Below are positions 18,681 to 27,975 of a stretch of DNA of 64,000 nt, in pieces. The stretch is from a virus: positions 32,001 through 96,000 of IMG/VR virus record IMGVR_UViG_3300028008_000005, one strand, 5' to 3'. Below the pieces are notes generated by a model. It did no database searches. It had not been told where the DNA came from and saw only the letters and a program-made list of their open reading frames with translations. The translations under genes and the position numbers were made by a program. The stretch's first letter is position 1. Every line of letters starts with the position of its first letter.

Positions 18681-19976
18681 ATGAGAAAGTTACTTACAAT
18701 GATTACATTTTTTCTTGTTGGCTTTGTTGCTGGCGGAGTTAATGGTCAAACATATACAGAAGAAGTAGCAAGCATTATTAACGAAAACTGCGTGGTCTGT
18801 CACAGAGCAGGCGGCATTGGACCTATGAGCTTTGAAACATATGAGCAAGTAAGACCATGGGCACCACTTATCCAAATGAGAGTGGCTAACCGTGAAATGC
18901 CTCCCTATGCATACGATCATGGAATTGGTATTCAAGACTTGCAAGGTGACTGGCGACTATCACAGGATGACATAGACACTGTTGTTGCGTGGGTCAATGA
19001 AGGATCTCAATACGGCAATCCAGACACAGTATTACAGTCAGTTGACCTAGGCGATCCAGAAGCATGGAGCTTCGAAGGAGACTTTGGAGTACCAGATGCA
19101 ATCATACCAAGTGTAGCAATCGATATTCCGGCAAACGGTAACGACCTATGGCATAAGCATTTAGTACCTACAGGCCTTACTGAAGATCGCTGCATTAAAG
19201 CAGTACAGGTAAAGCCTCGTGGTGATGCAAAAGCAGTAGTGCATCACGCTAACTCCAATGTTGTTATTGACGGAGGTCGTGAAGGTATGCTCACGGAGTA
19301 TGCTATGGGAAAGTGGGGAGAGATCGTCCCAGAGGGAGTATGCAGGCTACTTCCAGGAAACGCAGAAATCAGATGGGATATTCACATGTTCCCGGGTGGA
19401 CTTGGAGCAATGGCACCCGGATCAGTTATCAAAGACAACGTGGTAGAGATTGGTCTTTGGTTATATACCGAAGAGGAAAGCCAAGGATTGAAATACAAAC
19501 AAGATTTGAGTCTGTATCGCCTAGGCAACCAGGACGATATTACGATACCCCCAAATGGTTACTACATGACTCAAGGTTTACACAGTTTTGATCATCCAGT
19601 TAGACTAGATAGTTTTCAACCACATGGACACTTGCGTATGAACGCAGCAAGTTTGGAAATATTCTATCCAGAGACAGGACGCACAGAACAGATTAGCCAA
19701 GTAAGTAATTGGAGTGCAACATGGCATCACAGTCATTTATATGACCCAGATGTAGCACCACTCTTACCAGCAGGCGCAGTGATTGTTCTGAAGCAATGGT
19801 ACGATAACACATCAGACAATCCAAATAACCCAGATCCAGATATGTGGGTAATGGGTGGCTCAAGAACAGGCGATGAGATGACGCACGCGTGGCTTGCTAT
19901 TACGCATCTAGATGACGAAGGATATAATAGGCTAAAAGATGAAAGAAATGAAAGAGTTGAGCTTGCTAATAGATAA
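18681..19976 (+). CDS. exported cytochrome c / copper type II (PHM/DBH-like) monooxygenase, paralog A
   Basis: GGAGG RBS; signal peptide; CVVCH; VVHH, DIH, PHGH and DEM ligand motifs. Confidence 0.8.
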   Translation: MRKLLTMITFFLVGFVAGGVNGQTYTEEVASIINENCVVCHRAGGIGPMSFETYEQVRPWAPLIQMRVANREMPPYAYDHGIGIQDLQGDWRLSQDDIDTVVAWVNEGSQYGNPDTVLQSVDLGDPEAWSFEGDFGVPDAIIPSVAIDIPANGNDLWHKHLVPTGLTEDRCIKAVQVKPRGDAKAVVHHANSNVVIDGGREGMLTEYAMGKWGEIVPEGVCRLLPGNAEIRWDIHMFPGGLGAMAPGSVIKDNVVEIGLWLYTEEESQGLKYKQDLSLYRLGNQDDITIPPNGYYMTQGLHSFDHPVRLDSFQPHGHLRMNAASLEIFYPETGRTEQISQVSNWSATWHHSHLYDPDVAPLLPAGAVIVLKQWYDNTSDNPNNPDPDMWVMGGSRTGDEMTHAWLAITHLDDEGYNRLKDERNERVELANR

Positions 19977-20089
19977 TCGCAATAGGTTAGATATAGATAG
20001 GGATTGGGAAGAATACCAAGAACTAACTGAAGAGATCCAACTTTTACAAAATGATTTAGTAACACTATCAATTATGGGAGAAGATTTAA

Positions 20090-21334
20090 ATGAATAAAAT
20101 AAACGCTGCGGCAGGAACATTAGGTGTTCTATTGCTAATGCTTGGACTTAGAGCAGAAGCGCATGACGATGTAAAGATCGACTACGCAGAGAACGTAGCC
20201 CCTATCTTTGTAGAACAATGTCAAAGCTGCCACCGTGAAGGTGGTATTGCACCGTGGGCAATGAGTGACTTTAGAATGTTGCAAGCATTCGCCCCTGCAA
20301 TCCGTGAAGCAGTTACAACATTAGAAATGCCACCCGGGCAGATTGATCGCAAATATGCAAAGGATATTATCAATCATCGCACACTCAGTCATACAGAAAT
20401 GGAGACTATTGTACAGTGGATTGATGCAGGCGCTCCTGTCGAAGGTGACAGAGATCCGCTAACAGAAACTGTATACTCAACATCAGAGTGGGTACACGGT
20501 GAGCCTGATATGATTGTCTATGTACCAGCACAAGAAATTCCTGCTGGTCCTTCTGCGATTCCATATCGTTATGTTGGTGTAGACTTAGGACTAACTGAAG
20601 ACAAATGGCTTCGTGGTTCAGAGTTTTTGCCTTCAGAGCCTACAGTAATGCATCACATGCTAAACTCAGTAAGTGTACCGGGAGAGCGTAATGGCAACAT
20701 CTTAGGCACACAAGGTGGCGGACAAGAAGAAATGAACTACGCTAGTGTGAGTGCATATGTACCAGGAGGCGATCCAGAATTTTATGACGAGAACACTGGT
20801 GGTTTGTTAAGAGCAGGTTCAACAGTAAACTTACAGTTACACTACACACCAGACGGCAGAGCAAGAACTGACGAAGCAAGAATTGGTTTGTACTTTCACG
20901 ATGAAGGTGTAGTACCAGAAGAGAGAATGGCAGGCGACTGTGCTTGTATCTTCCCTAACAACTGGACAACTATCCCTGCATTTGATCCTAACTTTGTACA
21001 AACAGCAGAAGTAGTTCTAAAGCAAGATGTAATGCTGCACACATTCTTACCACACATGCACTTCCGTGGCAAGAGTATGAAAGCAACTGCATTCTATCCA
21101 GACGGCACTGTAGAAGAACTAATTGATGTACCAAGATATGAATATGCTTGGCAACTATCATACACGTGGAGAGAGCCTAAGTTCTTACCTGTAGGTACAA
21201 GACTGTTTGTAGAGGGAGCATTTGACAACTCAGCAGAGAATAAAATGAATCCCGATCCTAGCAGAGACGTACCGTGGGGTCAGATGAGCGAAGATGAAAT
21301 GTTCTTTGGAGCATTTACTTGGAAAAACCTATAA
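20090..21334 (+). CDS. exported cytochrome c / copper type II (PHM/DBH-like) monooxygenase, paralog B
   Basis: Signal peptide ending AEA; CQSCH; VMHH, QLHY, PHMHFRG and DEM motifs. Confidence 0.82.
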   Translation: MNKINAAAGTLGVLLLMLGLRAEAHDDVKIDYAENVAPIFVEQCQSCHREGGIAPWAMSDFRMLQAFAPAIREAVTTLEMPPGQIDRKYAKDIINHRTLSHTEMETIVQWIDAGAPVEGDRDPLTETVYSTSEWVHGEPDMIVYVPAQEIPAGPSAIPYRYVGVDLGLTEDKWLRGSEFLPSEPTVMHHMLNSVSVPGERNGNILGTQGGGQEEMNYASVSAYVPGGDPEFYDENTGGLLRAGSTVNLQLHYTPDGRARTDEARIGLYFHDEGVVPEERMAGDCACIFPNNWTTIPAFDPNFVQTAEVVLKQDVMLHTFLPHMHFRGKSMKATAFYPDGTVEELIDVPRYEYAWQLSYTWREPKFLPVGTRLFVEGAFDNSAENKMNPDPSRDVPWGQMSEDEMFFGAFTWKNL

Positions 21335-21344
21335 GGGGACTAAT

Positions 21345-21416
21345 ATGTGGACTAAACCAGCTTATGAAAATATAAGACTTGGATTTGAAATCACTATGTA
21401 TTTTAGTGTTAGATAA
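21345..21416 (+). CDS. pqqA: PQQ precursor peptide PqqA (23 aa, not in ORF track)
   Basis: [23 protein letters not shown]; W-x-K-P...R-x-G-F-E-x-T-M-Y signature with ExxxY; AAGGGG RBS. Confidence 0.93.
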   Translation: MWTKPAYENIRLGFEITMYFSVR

Positions 21417-21445
21417 TCTATAACTTGTCAAACTAGGAAAAATAA

Positions 21446-21775
21446 ATGTCAGAAGCAGAAATAAAAAAATCTGGTCATCATCCTGCCGATACAAATGGTG
21501 ATGGTAAAGTAAGCCCTAAAGAACAAGATATGTACATGGAATTTAGGCGTAAAGAGCTTGAAGACCAAGATGCAATGCGGGATGCACAAAGGAAGATGGC
21601 ATGGTTTGCTTTAGGTGGTATGCTTCTTTATCCTTTTGCAGTTGTAGTCGCATCCATTGCAGGATTAGACCAAGCTCAGGCAACTCTCGGTGATATGGCA
21701 CCTACATATTTTGTTGCTGTTGCTGGTATTGTTGCTGCCTTTTTTGGGGCTCAGGCATTTGCTAAGAAACCATAA
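21446..21775 (+). CDS. membrane protein with EF-hand-like loop and 2 TM helices
   Basis: DTNGDGKVSPKE loop; two hydrophobic helices. Confidence 0.6.
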   Translation: MSEAEIKKSGHHPADTNGDGKVSPKEQDMYMEFRRKELEDQDAMRDAQRKMAWFALGGMLLYPFAVVVASIAGLDQAQATLGDMAPTYFVAVAGIVAAFFGAQAFAKKP

Positions 21776-21779
21776 TAAG

Positions 21780-21820
21780 ATTAATACGGGTAGATTTGCC
21801 TTGAATCTACCCGTATTAAT
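21780..21820. terminator. perfect 17-bp inverted repeat between convergent operons
   Basis: ATTAATACGGGTAGATT-N7-AATCTACCCGTATTAAT. Confidence 0.75.
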
Positions 21821-21850
21821 AATTAACGGGTGATTTTCTTATGTTTTTCC

Positions 21851-22327
21851 CTAAGGGGTGTTAGACACTAGTAAGCCAATCATAACCGCGATTATCATAG
21901 TTCCTATTATACAAACTGCCCCTATAGTAATTACATCGGACCAGAACTTTTTATTTTCTGCTTCCGCCTTTGCTTTCGCTGCTCGTGCATTCATAATTCT
22001 TCTACGCTCCGCCATCATATCTTCATAAAATGCACCCTGTCCTGACCATATCAAATATTCTCGCAATTCTTTTTCAAGTTGCATGATTTTATGTTTTGCG
22101 GCTGTTGCTTCAAGTGCTTGTGCTTCGACACTAGTACCAGAAAGAAGTTTAGATGCAATTGGCGCATTTTGACTCAGATGGTTGGCTTTAATAATATTAT
22201 CTTTGGCATCAAAAAACTTGCCAAACATCTGCGCCATGTCTTGCGCTTCTTTTCCGGCATCCATTGCCTTTCTAATGGTTTTATAGGCACCGTTTGCTAT
22301 AGAGACTGCTGCTGCGATTTCTATCAT
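21851..22327 (-). CDS. hypothetical protein with C-terminal TM helix
   Basis: 158 aa; late promoter at 22412-22419 (-). Confidence 0.6.
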   Translation of the reverse strand: MIEIAAAVSIANGAYKTIRKAMDAGKEAQDMAQMFGKFFDAKDNIIKANHLSQNAPIASKLLSGTSVEAQALEATAAKHKIMQLEKELREYLIWSGQGAFYEDMMAERRRIMNARAAKAKAEAENKKFWSDVITIGAVCIIGTMIIAVMIGLLVSNTP

Positions 22328-22422
22328 AAACGATCCATTTGAACTGATAGCATAACAAAGAGATATAGGCGTTTCATTTGCTACTCCCTTATAAGGTAAG
22401 AACTATATCTTTATTTATATAA

Positions 22423-22926
22423 TTACTCTGAGTCGTTCAGGGGGTTATCGAGTATACGCTCGATTTTATCTTCTAGTTCATCACGCATTTCTCGCAACTC
22501 TTCATCTAGATCTCTCAGACGATCATTTAACTCTGTCTCCATACCATAAACATCGTTGCGTAAGTCTCTTTGTGTCTCATTTGTAGACTCGTCAATTGTT
22601 CTTACGAATGTATCCATCTCGTCTACGTCTTCACGAACACGGTCTATGTCTTCTGCTATACTTTCAAATAAGGTTGTTACAGTATTAAACTGCTGAGATA
22701 TATCTTCTTGCAGCGAACCGACTGTCTCTGCCTGTACTGCTAACTGCTGATTAATACCAGACATATCAGGAGCAACATATTCTGTTACCGCTTGTTCTGC
22801 ATCGAGCAATCTCTGATACAGTTCAAAGCCTCCCCACATGCCACCAAGTATAGTGCCTAGTAATGGGATAAGAATTAGTGCCTTTCCGCCTGATACTTTC
22901 ATTTGTCCTATTTCTACTTCAGCCAT
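22423..22926 (-). CDS. membrane-anchored coiled-coil protein
   Basis: N-terminal TM helix; acidic heptads. Confidence 0.6.
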   Translation of the reverse strand: MAEVEIGQMKVSGGKALILIPLLGTILGGMWGGFELYQRLLDAEQAVTEYVAPDMSGINQQLAVQAETVGSLQEDISQQFNTVTTLFESIAEDIDRVREDVDEMDTFVRTIDESTNETQRDLRNDVYGMETELNDRLRDLDEELREMRDELEDKIERILDNPLNDSE

Positions 22927-23191
22927 TTGAAAATTTCCTTTGAATCCATTTAAATGTGTAGTAAATTGTAAGACCGTAACAAGCCAATACGCTCATAGGC
23001 ATCGCTATGTATATTAGCTCCCACGGGGATAAGAATAATATTTCCCATGTAAAGTTTGCTACTGCTTCAGCATCGCCTATAGGATGTTTAGGTATAAAGG
23101 CTTCTGCATCGTCAAATTCAACGTAGTTATGGAACTCTATCCATTCGTTATTTGTAAAACATATTTCAAATTCTTCTGGACACTCTGTCAT
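22919..23191 (-). CDS. small membrane protein
   Basis: C-terminal TM helix; overlaps the downstream gene. Confidence 0.5.
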   Translation of the reverse strand: MTECPEEFEICFTNNEWIEFHNYVEFDDAEAFIPKHPIGDAEAVANFTWEILFLSPWELIYIAMPMSVLACYGLTIYYTFKWIQRKFSNG

Positions 23192-23193
23192 AA

Positions 23194-25290
23194 TTATCTC
23201 CCGTATTGTAAGGATATTAATTCTTTGTATTTCTTATCTGTGCCAATCATTCGCAGCATAGAGTTTCTATCATTCTGTACACTGCTCGTCGGCATACCTC
23301 TGTCAGTGTAAAAGCTAACATCTTGTAGTTGTCCGCTGTATTGTGAAAACGCACTGTTACGACCCATTAAGAATACAGTCAAGCTTTGATCTGTGAATCC
23401 GCCAGAGTCTTGCATGTTACTAGCAAACTCGTCCAAGTTTTGTTCTAGTTGTTCGTCAGACATATTTTCAGCTTGTGCGTTTGCTTTGTCTGTAGTCTCC
23501 TGTTCTTCTTGACTTGGTGGCGCAACATTAAAACGTGAGAAATCAGGTGGTGCTGTTGAAGTTAGAGCATCGCTTATCGATCCACCACTAGAGAAGGCTT
23601 GATTAGTTTGACTACCAAAGTTCTGGTCTGAAGTTGTTACACCAGATGACGATAAAGTGTCTGTGAAATCTTGGGTATCAGACTGTTGATTAGTTGCCTC
23701 AATTGATAGTGCTGAAAATATTATAGAAGGCCCTCCAAAGCTAAAATCAAGGTTAGTCTCTTCGCCGAAAGATTGTTTCCCGCCGTTAAAAGTTTGACCG
23801 CTATCTCCCATGCCCATACTACCTGAGTTTTGTTCTATTAAGTCTTCAACAATGCTTTCTTCGGTTATTTCACTAAAGCTTTGAATTTGGGATTGTTGCT
23901 GTGCCTGTGTTATGCTGTTTAAAGCGAACTTGTTGCTTGATGTTATCGATGACTGAACTAAGTTTGCACTAGATTGTATCTGGTTCATAGCAATGGCCAC
24001 AGCGTCTACTCTTCTAGCTGCGTTTTGCCTTGTTGCTACTGGACCAGATCGACTATTAACAGGTGCTGCTTTGACTACAGCGACTTCAATCATGTCTTCT
24101 CTTATGAGTAAATTGTCATCAGAATTACTCATAACTTCGGGTTGCGTGTAATTTTCTTCTTTTTTTACATCTACAATTTGCTTTTCTATTTCAGGTGTAA
24201 ATTCTTCATATGTTTCCTCTATCTCTGGTACAACTACCTCATCGAACTCTTGCTCCATCATGTCTAGTTCTGGTCCACCACCAAAGTCATCCAGAGAAGA
24301 ACCACCATTAAAAAGATCAGGTGTTGATCCATCAAATGTATCAGCTACCATTCCGTTAAAGTCATCCAGAGAAGAACCACCAAAAAACTCCTCTTGAGTT
24401 TGACCAGCTGTCAATGTATCTTGATATGTATCAAAAGGATCCGGGCCGAAATTAAGTGAAGGATCATCAACAAAATCAAATACATTATCACCAAAGACTT
24501 CAGTACCATCAAAGGATCCTACAGGATCAAAAATGCCACACGACTGTGGATTGTCGTCACATTCATCTACAGCTACGTAATTAGATAGAGTGGAGTTTAC
24601 AGTATCTAATACTGAATCAACACCGCTCGCATTCTCATACGCACCTGTTACTGTATTAAACTGCATTGTAAATGGAATATTAGAAACCCATTTATTCTTT
24701 TTATATTCAAGAACATTATATTGACCAATACTCAAATCACCTGCTGTACCTACCGTAGTGTTGTGCGACTTTATCTTTATTTTATCGTATCTAAATTTAA
24801 TATCACCTGTGTCAAAAATCTTTACTTCAAAGCTATTTAATCTATTAACATTATAATATTCTGGTATATCGTACCAGCCAAACGTGGCAGTATTGCTTGT
24901 TGTTTTATACCAAGGGTTAGGATTATATTCTACTGCTAAGTCTGTCCAAAGACCGAAAATAGAATAACTCAATGCATCCGCTTTGCTACCGTTTCTCCAT
25001 TGCTCGGTATTGTACATTTCAGCTTCTAAGTCGTATCCACTACAACAAAAAGTATGTCCCTTAACACCATTATCTTGGAAGTTCACTACACCGTTGTAAG
25101 TGACCCATGCTTTGTCGTATGTGTTATCATAGAAAGGAAAGTCAAACCCTAGATCAACTTGAGCTTGTTGGAGGTCATCGATATCAAGCTTTACTGCTGA
25201 GTTATCATTTCTTAAGTCTACAAGCACAGACGGATATTGCCCATAAGCAATTCCGCTCAATAGCATTAAGGCTATAAATAACTTTTTCAT
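23194..25290 (-). CDS. exported protein with NIDO/nidogen-like N-terminal domain and acidic low-complexity tail
   Basis: Signal peptide; LGFDFPFYDNTYDKAWVTYNGVVNF, FGLWTDL, FEVKIF. Confidence 0.6.
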   Translation of the reverse strand: MKKLFIALMLLSGIAYGQYPSVLVDLRNDNSAVKLDIDDLQQAQVDLGFDFPFYDNTYDKAWVTYNGVVNFQDNGVKGHTFCCSGYDLEAEMYNTEQWRNGSKADALSYSIFGLWTDLAVEYNPNPWYKTTSNTATFGWYDIPEYYNVNRLNSFEVKIFDTGDIKFRYDKIKIKSHNTTVGTAGDLSIGQYNVLEYKKNKWVSNIPFTMQFNTVTGAYENASGVDSVLDTVNSTLSNYVAVDECDDNPQSCGIFDPVGSFDGTEVFGDNVFDFVDDPSLNFGPDPFDTYQDTLTAGQTQEEFFGGSSLDDFNGMVADTFDGSTPDLFNGGSSLDDFGGGPELDMMEQEFDEVVVPEIEETYEEFTPEIEKQIVDVKKEENYTQPEVMSNSDDNLLIREDMIEVAVVKAAPVNSRSGPVATRQNAARRVDAVAIAMNQIQSSANLVQSSITSSNKFALNSITQAQQQSQIQSFSEITEESIVEDLIEQNSGSMGMGDSGQTFNGGKQSFGEETNLDFSFGGPSIIFSALSIEATNQQSDTQDFTDTLSSSGVTTSDQNFGSQTNQAFSSGGSISDALTSTAPPDFSRFNVAPPSQEEQETTDKANAQAENMSDEQLEQNLDEFASNMQDSGGFTDQSLTVFLMGRNSAFSQYSGQLQDVSFYTDRGMPTSSVQNDRNSMLRMIGTDKKYKELISLQYGR

Positions 25291-26324
25291 TAATTAGGCA
25301 TGTTAGGTGAGGAGGTCATTTTCCTAACACTGCGTTTGGTTACACCAGGCACATCTATAAGATTCTCTTCCCATGCAACGCCCGCCTCTTCGCCAATCAA
25401 ACCTTGGTAAGGGCATGGAGTTCCTGCCATCTTCATAGCAGTCCATACACGCTCATCTTGACACATTAAAGATACAGCAGCAACTCTCATACCCATATCG
25501 TATATTGTCTTAGCAAGTTTAATTCGTTCACAGTTTGTATCTGTAACCGACTTGCCTGCCGACAAACCAAATATTTGAGTTTGAACAGCACCTGCTACAC
25601 CTGTAGTACACAAGTCTTGTGAGAATGAAGCACCTATAGAAGGAGCAATAGCAGATGGCGGAGGTGACTCTATTTTCTGAGTCACGGTTTGAGTTGATTG
25701 TGATTGATTAATGTTCTGGTTTACATTATTGTTTGTGTTATCAGTTGTTACCTCACTAACGCTGTTGTTATTATTAGATGACGAAGATGTAGAAACGTTG
25801 ACGTTTGTATTGTCACTAGTTGATGATGACACATTGGTGTTATTACTAGTACTAGAATTGTTACTGGTAGAAGTATTAACATTGGTGTTGCTATTTGTAT
25901 TGGTGTTTGTGTTGGTATTCACATTGGTATTACTGTTTGTATTGTTACTTGTATTGTTGCTTGTATTATTTGAGGTATTGATATTAGTATTCACATTAGT
26001 ATTACTAGTGCCACCACTCATCACGTTATTGTTAGTATTAACATTAGTGTTGCTACTTGTGCTAGTACTGGTATTTGTATTGTTGTTAGTATTTGTGTTT
26101 GTATTATTATTGGTAGCAGTACTAGTGTTGGTATTTGTATTGTTGTTAGTATTTGTGGTAGTTGCAGTCGAGGTCGATGTTGAAGTCGACGTGATATCAG
26201 TTTCCGCAGTGGATCCTTCGCAGTATTGGGTTCCAGCAGTACAAGTGCCAGTTGCTTGTGCCAATACAGGGTTAGACAATATAGGAGTCATCAAAAGCAT
26301 AGCAAAGAGATATAAACGTTTCAT
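25290..26324 (-). CDS. exported protein with Asn/Thr repeat stalk and Cys-containing C-terminal domain
   Basis: Signal peptide; (NT)n tract; PPPSAIAPS...DLC...NCERIKLAK...CQD...TPCP; late promoter at 26361 (-). Confidence 0.7.
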   Translation of the reverse strand: MKRLYLFAMLLMTPILSNPVLAQATGTCTAGTQYCEGSTAETDITSTSTSTSTATTTNTNNNTNTNTSTATNNNTNTNTNNNTNTSTSTSSNTNVNTNNNVMSGGTSNTNVNTNINTSNNTSNNTSNNTNSNTNVNTNTNTNTNSNTNVNTSTSNNSSTSNNTNVSSSTSDNTNVNVSTSSSSNNNNSVSEVTTDNTNNNVNQNINQSQSTQTVTQKIESPPPSAIAPSIGASFSQDLCTTGVAGAVQTQIFGLSAGKSVTDTNCERIKLAKTIYDMGMRVAAVSLMCQDERVWTAMKMAGTPCPYQGLIGEEAGVAWEENLIDVPGVTKRSVRKMTSSPNMPN

Positions 26325-26402
26325 AGTTAATTCTCTTTAGGGGGATAGTTATTGCCTATCTATTTATAATAATTTACGTTACGAACTATGACGATTTGGG
26401 GG

Positions 26403-26431
26403 TTCACAAAAGGTATTTTTTAGGGTATAAT
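26403..26431 (+). promoter_or_regulatory. early promoter
   Basis: TTCACA-N17-TATAAT plus conserved leader ACTCACATAAATT. Confidence 0.7.
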
Positions 26432-26462
26432 ACTCACATAAATTAAATAAAGGACCAAACCT

Positions 26463-26648
26463 ATGTCAAAGATGGGCCAGTACATCCAAGAGTTTAATGA
26501 CGACCTAATTAATATGTCGTTCCACGATTTTTGTTTAAAGCATGCCAACGACTATCCAAATAAGGCTAAGGACGAGAACAAGCTAAAGGAGCTCAAGGAT
26601 GAGTACAACTCTATGAAAGATGATTTGCTAACAAGTTACGAACTGTGA
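26463..26648 (+). CDS. early hypothetical protein
   Basis: AAGGA RBS; MSKMGQY. Confidence 0.6.
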   Translation: MSKMGQYIQEFNDDLINMSFHDFCLKHANDYPNKAKDENKLKELKDEYNSMKDDLLTSYEL

Positions 26649-26659
26649 CGAATTAATTG

Positions 26660-26689
26660 TTTACAAGACCCCCTGTTCTAGTGTATAAT
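26660..26689 (+). promoter_or_regulatory. early promoter
   Basis: TTTACA-N18-TATAAT plus leader ACTCACGTAAATT. Confidence 0.7.
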
Positions 26690-26720
26690 ACTCACGTAAA
26701 TTAGGAAAAGGACAAAGATT

Positions 26721-26810
26721 ATGGAAAAGGTTAAATACGTACTTACTGAAATAGCTATTGCAGGTTCGGTTGGTTTGGTTATGGGAATTATTTTTGGATT
26801 AGGGGTTTAA
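26721..26810 (+). CDS. small hydrophobic early protein (29 aa)
   Basis: AAGGA RBS; MEKVKYVLTEIAIAGSVGLVMGIIFGLGV. Confidence 0.5.
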   Translation: MEKVKYVLTEIAIAGSVGLVMGIIFGLGV

Positions 26811-26812
26811 TT

Positions 26813-27001
26813 ATGAATATTGATAAGAAAATGGTTACAGATATAAACGTTGCTTATAAGCAGTTCTTAAATCTTGTCGAAGAAGGTGCGGGTGATTTCA
26901 CAACCCATAAAGCACTGTGCAATATGATAGATTACGCACACTCTCTTCAAATGGAAATAGATCCAGACCCTCGAGCCATTTGCCGGAGGGAGGGGCGATA
27001 A
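26813..27001 (+). CDS. hypothetical protein
   Basis: 62 aa, in the early operon. Confidence 0.5.
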   Translation: MNIDKKMVTDINVAYKQFLNLVEEGAGDFTTHKALCNMIDYAHSLQMEIDPDPRAICRREGR

Positions 27002-27279
27002 TGAATAGGATCGAAATGATTAAGAATGCGGTTCATAAGATTCAGGGCAATCCAGAATTTAAGTCTACTATGCAAAAGGCTAACGCTAGGTTTATTAAAG
27101 ATTGCCAAAAGAAGATCGATCGCATTCGAGCTAAGCAAGAGCGTCAGGCAGAGAAAGAGATACAGGAGCTTGACGAAAACTATAACCATCTTGAACCAAA
27201 GGTTGCTCGCCAAATCGCAGATTCTGTTGTTGGTGAGATATATCGCGAAACTACTAGATTTGATAATGAGTGGAATTAA
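27001..27279 (+). CDS. hypothetical protein
   Basis: GAGG RBS; ATG overlaps the upstream stop. Confidence 0.55.
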   Translation: MNRIEMIKNAVHKIQGNPEFKSTMQKANARFIKDCQKKIDRIRAKQERQAEKEIQELDENYNHLEPKVARQIADSVVGEIYRETTRFDNEWN

Positions 27280-27280
27280 T

Positions 27281-27643
27281 ATGGAAACATTTGTTGTAAC
27301 AACACAGATCCTTGAAAACTACGGATCGCATACCACCGACGGGGAATTCTCTTCGGGCAATGCCTACTGGAAGTTTAAGGGTGGATCAACGTATATCGTT
27401 AAAGGATTATCCCGTAGCCAGGACGCTATGGCTTATGTTGCTGGACCTAATATCGAGAATACCGTTAACTGGAAAGAGTTTCCTATTGAGGTTATGACCA
27501 TGGATGAATTTGAATCTAGGTTTCCAGAAGCTTCTGATCTCCTAGATTTTGAATTGAGAGAAGCTATTACTTTAGATGCTAGCGTTGAGATACCTACTAA
27601 GCCCAAAGGCAGATTTCATCTGCGTGGGTCCTTGGGACTATAA
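27281..27643 (+). CDS. hypothetical protein
   Basis: TQILENYG...YWKFKGGSTY motif; start reassigned to 27281. Confidence 0.6.
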   Translation: METFVVTTQILENYGSHTTDGEFSSGNAYWKFKGGSTYIVKGLSRSQDAMAYVAGPNIENTVNWKEFPIEVMTMDEFESRFPEASDLLDFELREAITLDASVEIPTKPKGRFHLRGSLGL

Positions 27644-27975
27644 TGTCTACACCTCGTCGCTTAAAAGAAGCAAGAATGGAAGCTCACCGCCAAGAAAAGA
27701 TTGAGAAGGAACGTAAGAAGTTGTTTACGGTTAATTCAAATAAGAAGGAGTTTATACCCTATGTCCCGAAACCGATTTATCGCAAGGAGGAACAGAAGTA
27801 TGAAAGTGCAGTCAGCAGCAAACTCGAACATTCGGCGGCAGCAACAGCAAAGCCAAGAAGAACAGAGTACTCCGGTGACTACGTCACAGGAATCGCAACA
27901 ATGCACAAATCAAATCTCGTCCCTGTCGGAAGGGGAGATAATCCGCAAGATTATGCAACAATGAGGAGAAGTTAA
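27643..27975 (+). CDS. hypothetical protein
   Basis: GIATMHKSNLVPV motif. Confidence 0.6.
   Translation: MSTPRRLKEARMEAHRQEKIEKERKKLFTVNSNKKEFIPYVPKPIYRKEEQKYESAVSSKLEHSAAATAKPRRTEYSGDYVTGIATMHKSNLVPVGRGDNPQDYATMRRS

Noticed and set aside
24283-24382. 25-nt direct repeat as an att site or mobile-element end
   Set aside because: It is an in-frame duplication (GGSSLDDF) in a low-complexity coding linker.
25711-26340. 209-aa Val/Leu-rich + strand ORF resembling a membrane protein
   Set aside because: It is the antisense shadow of the Asn/Thr repeat in the minus-strand gene, which has a signal peptide, RBS and late promoter.
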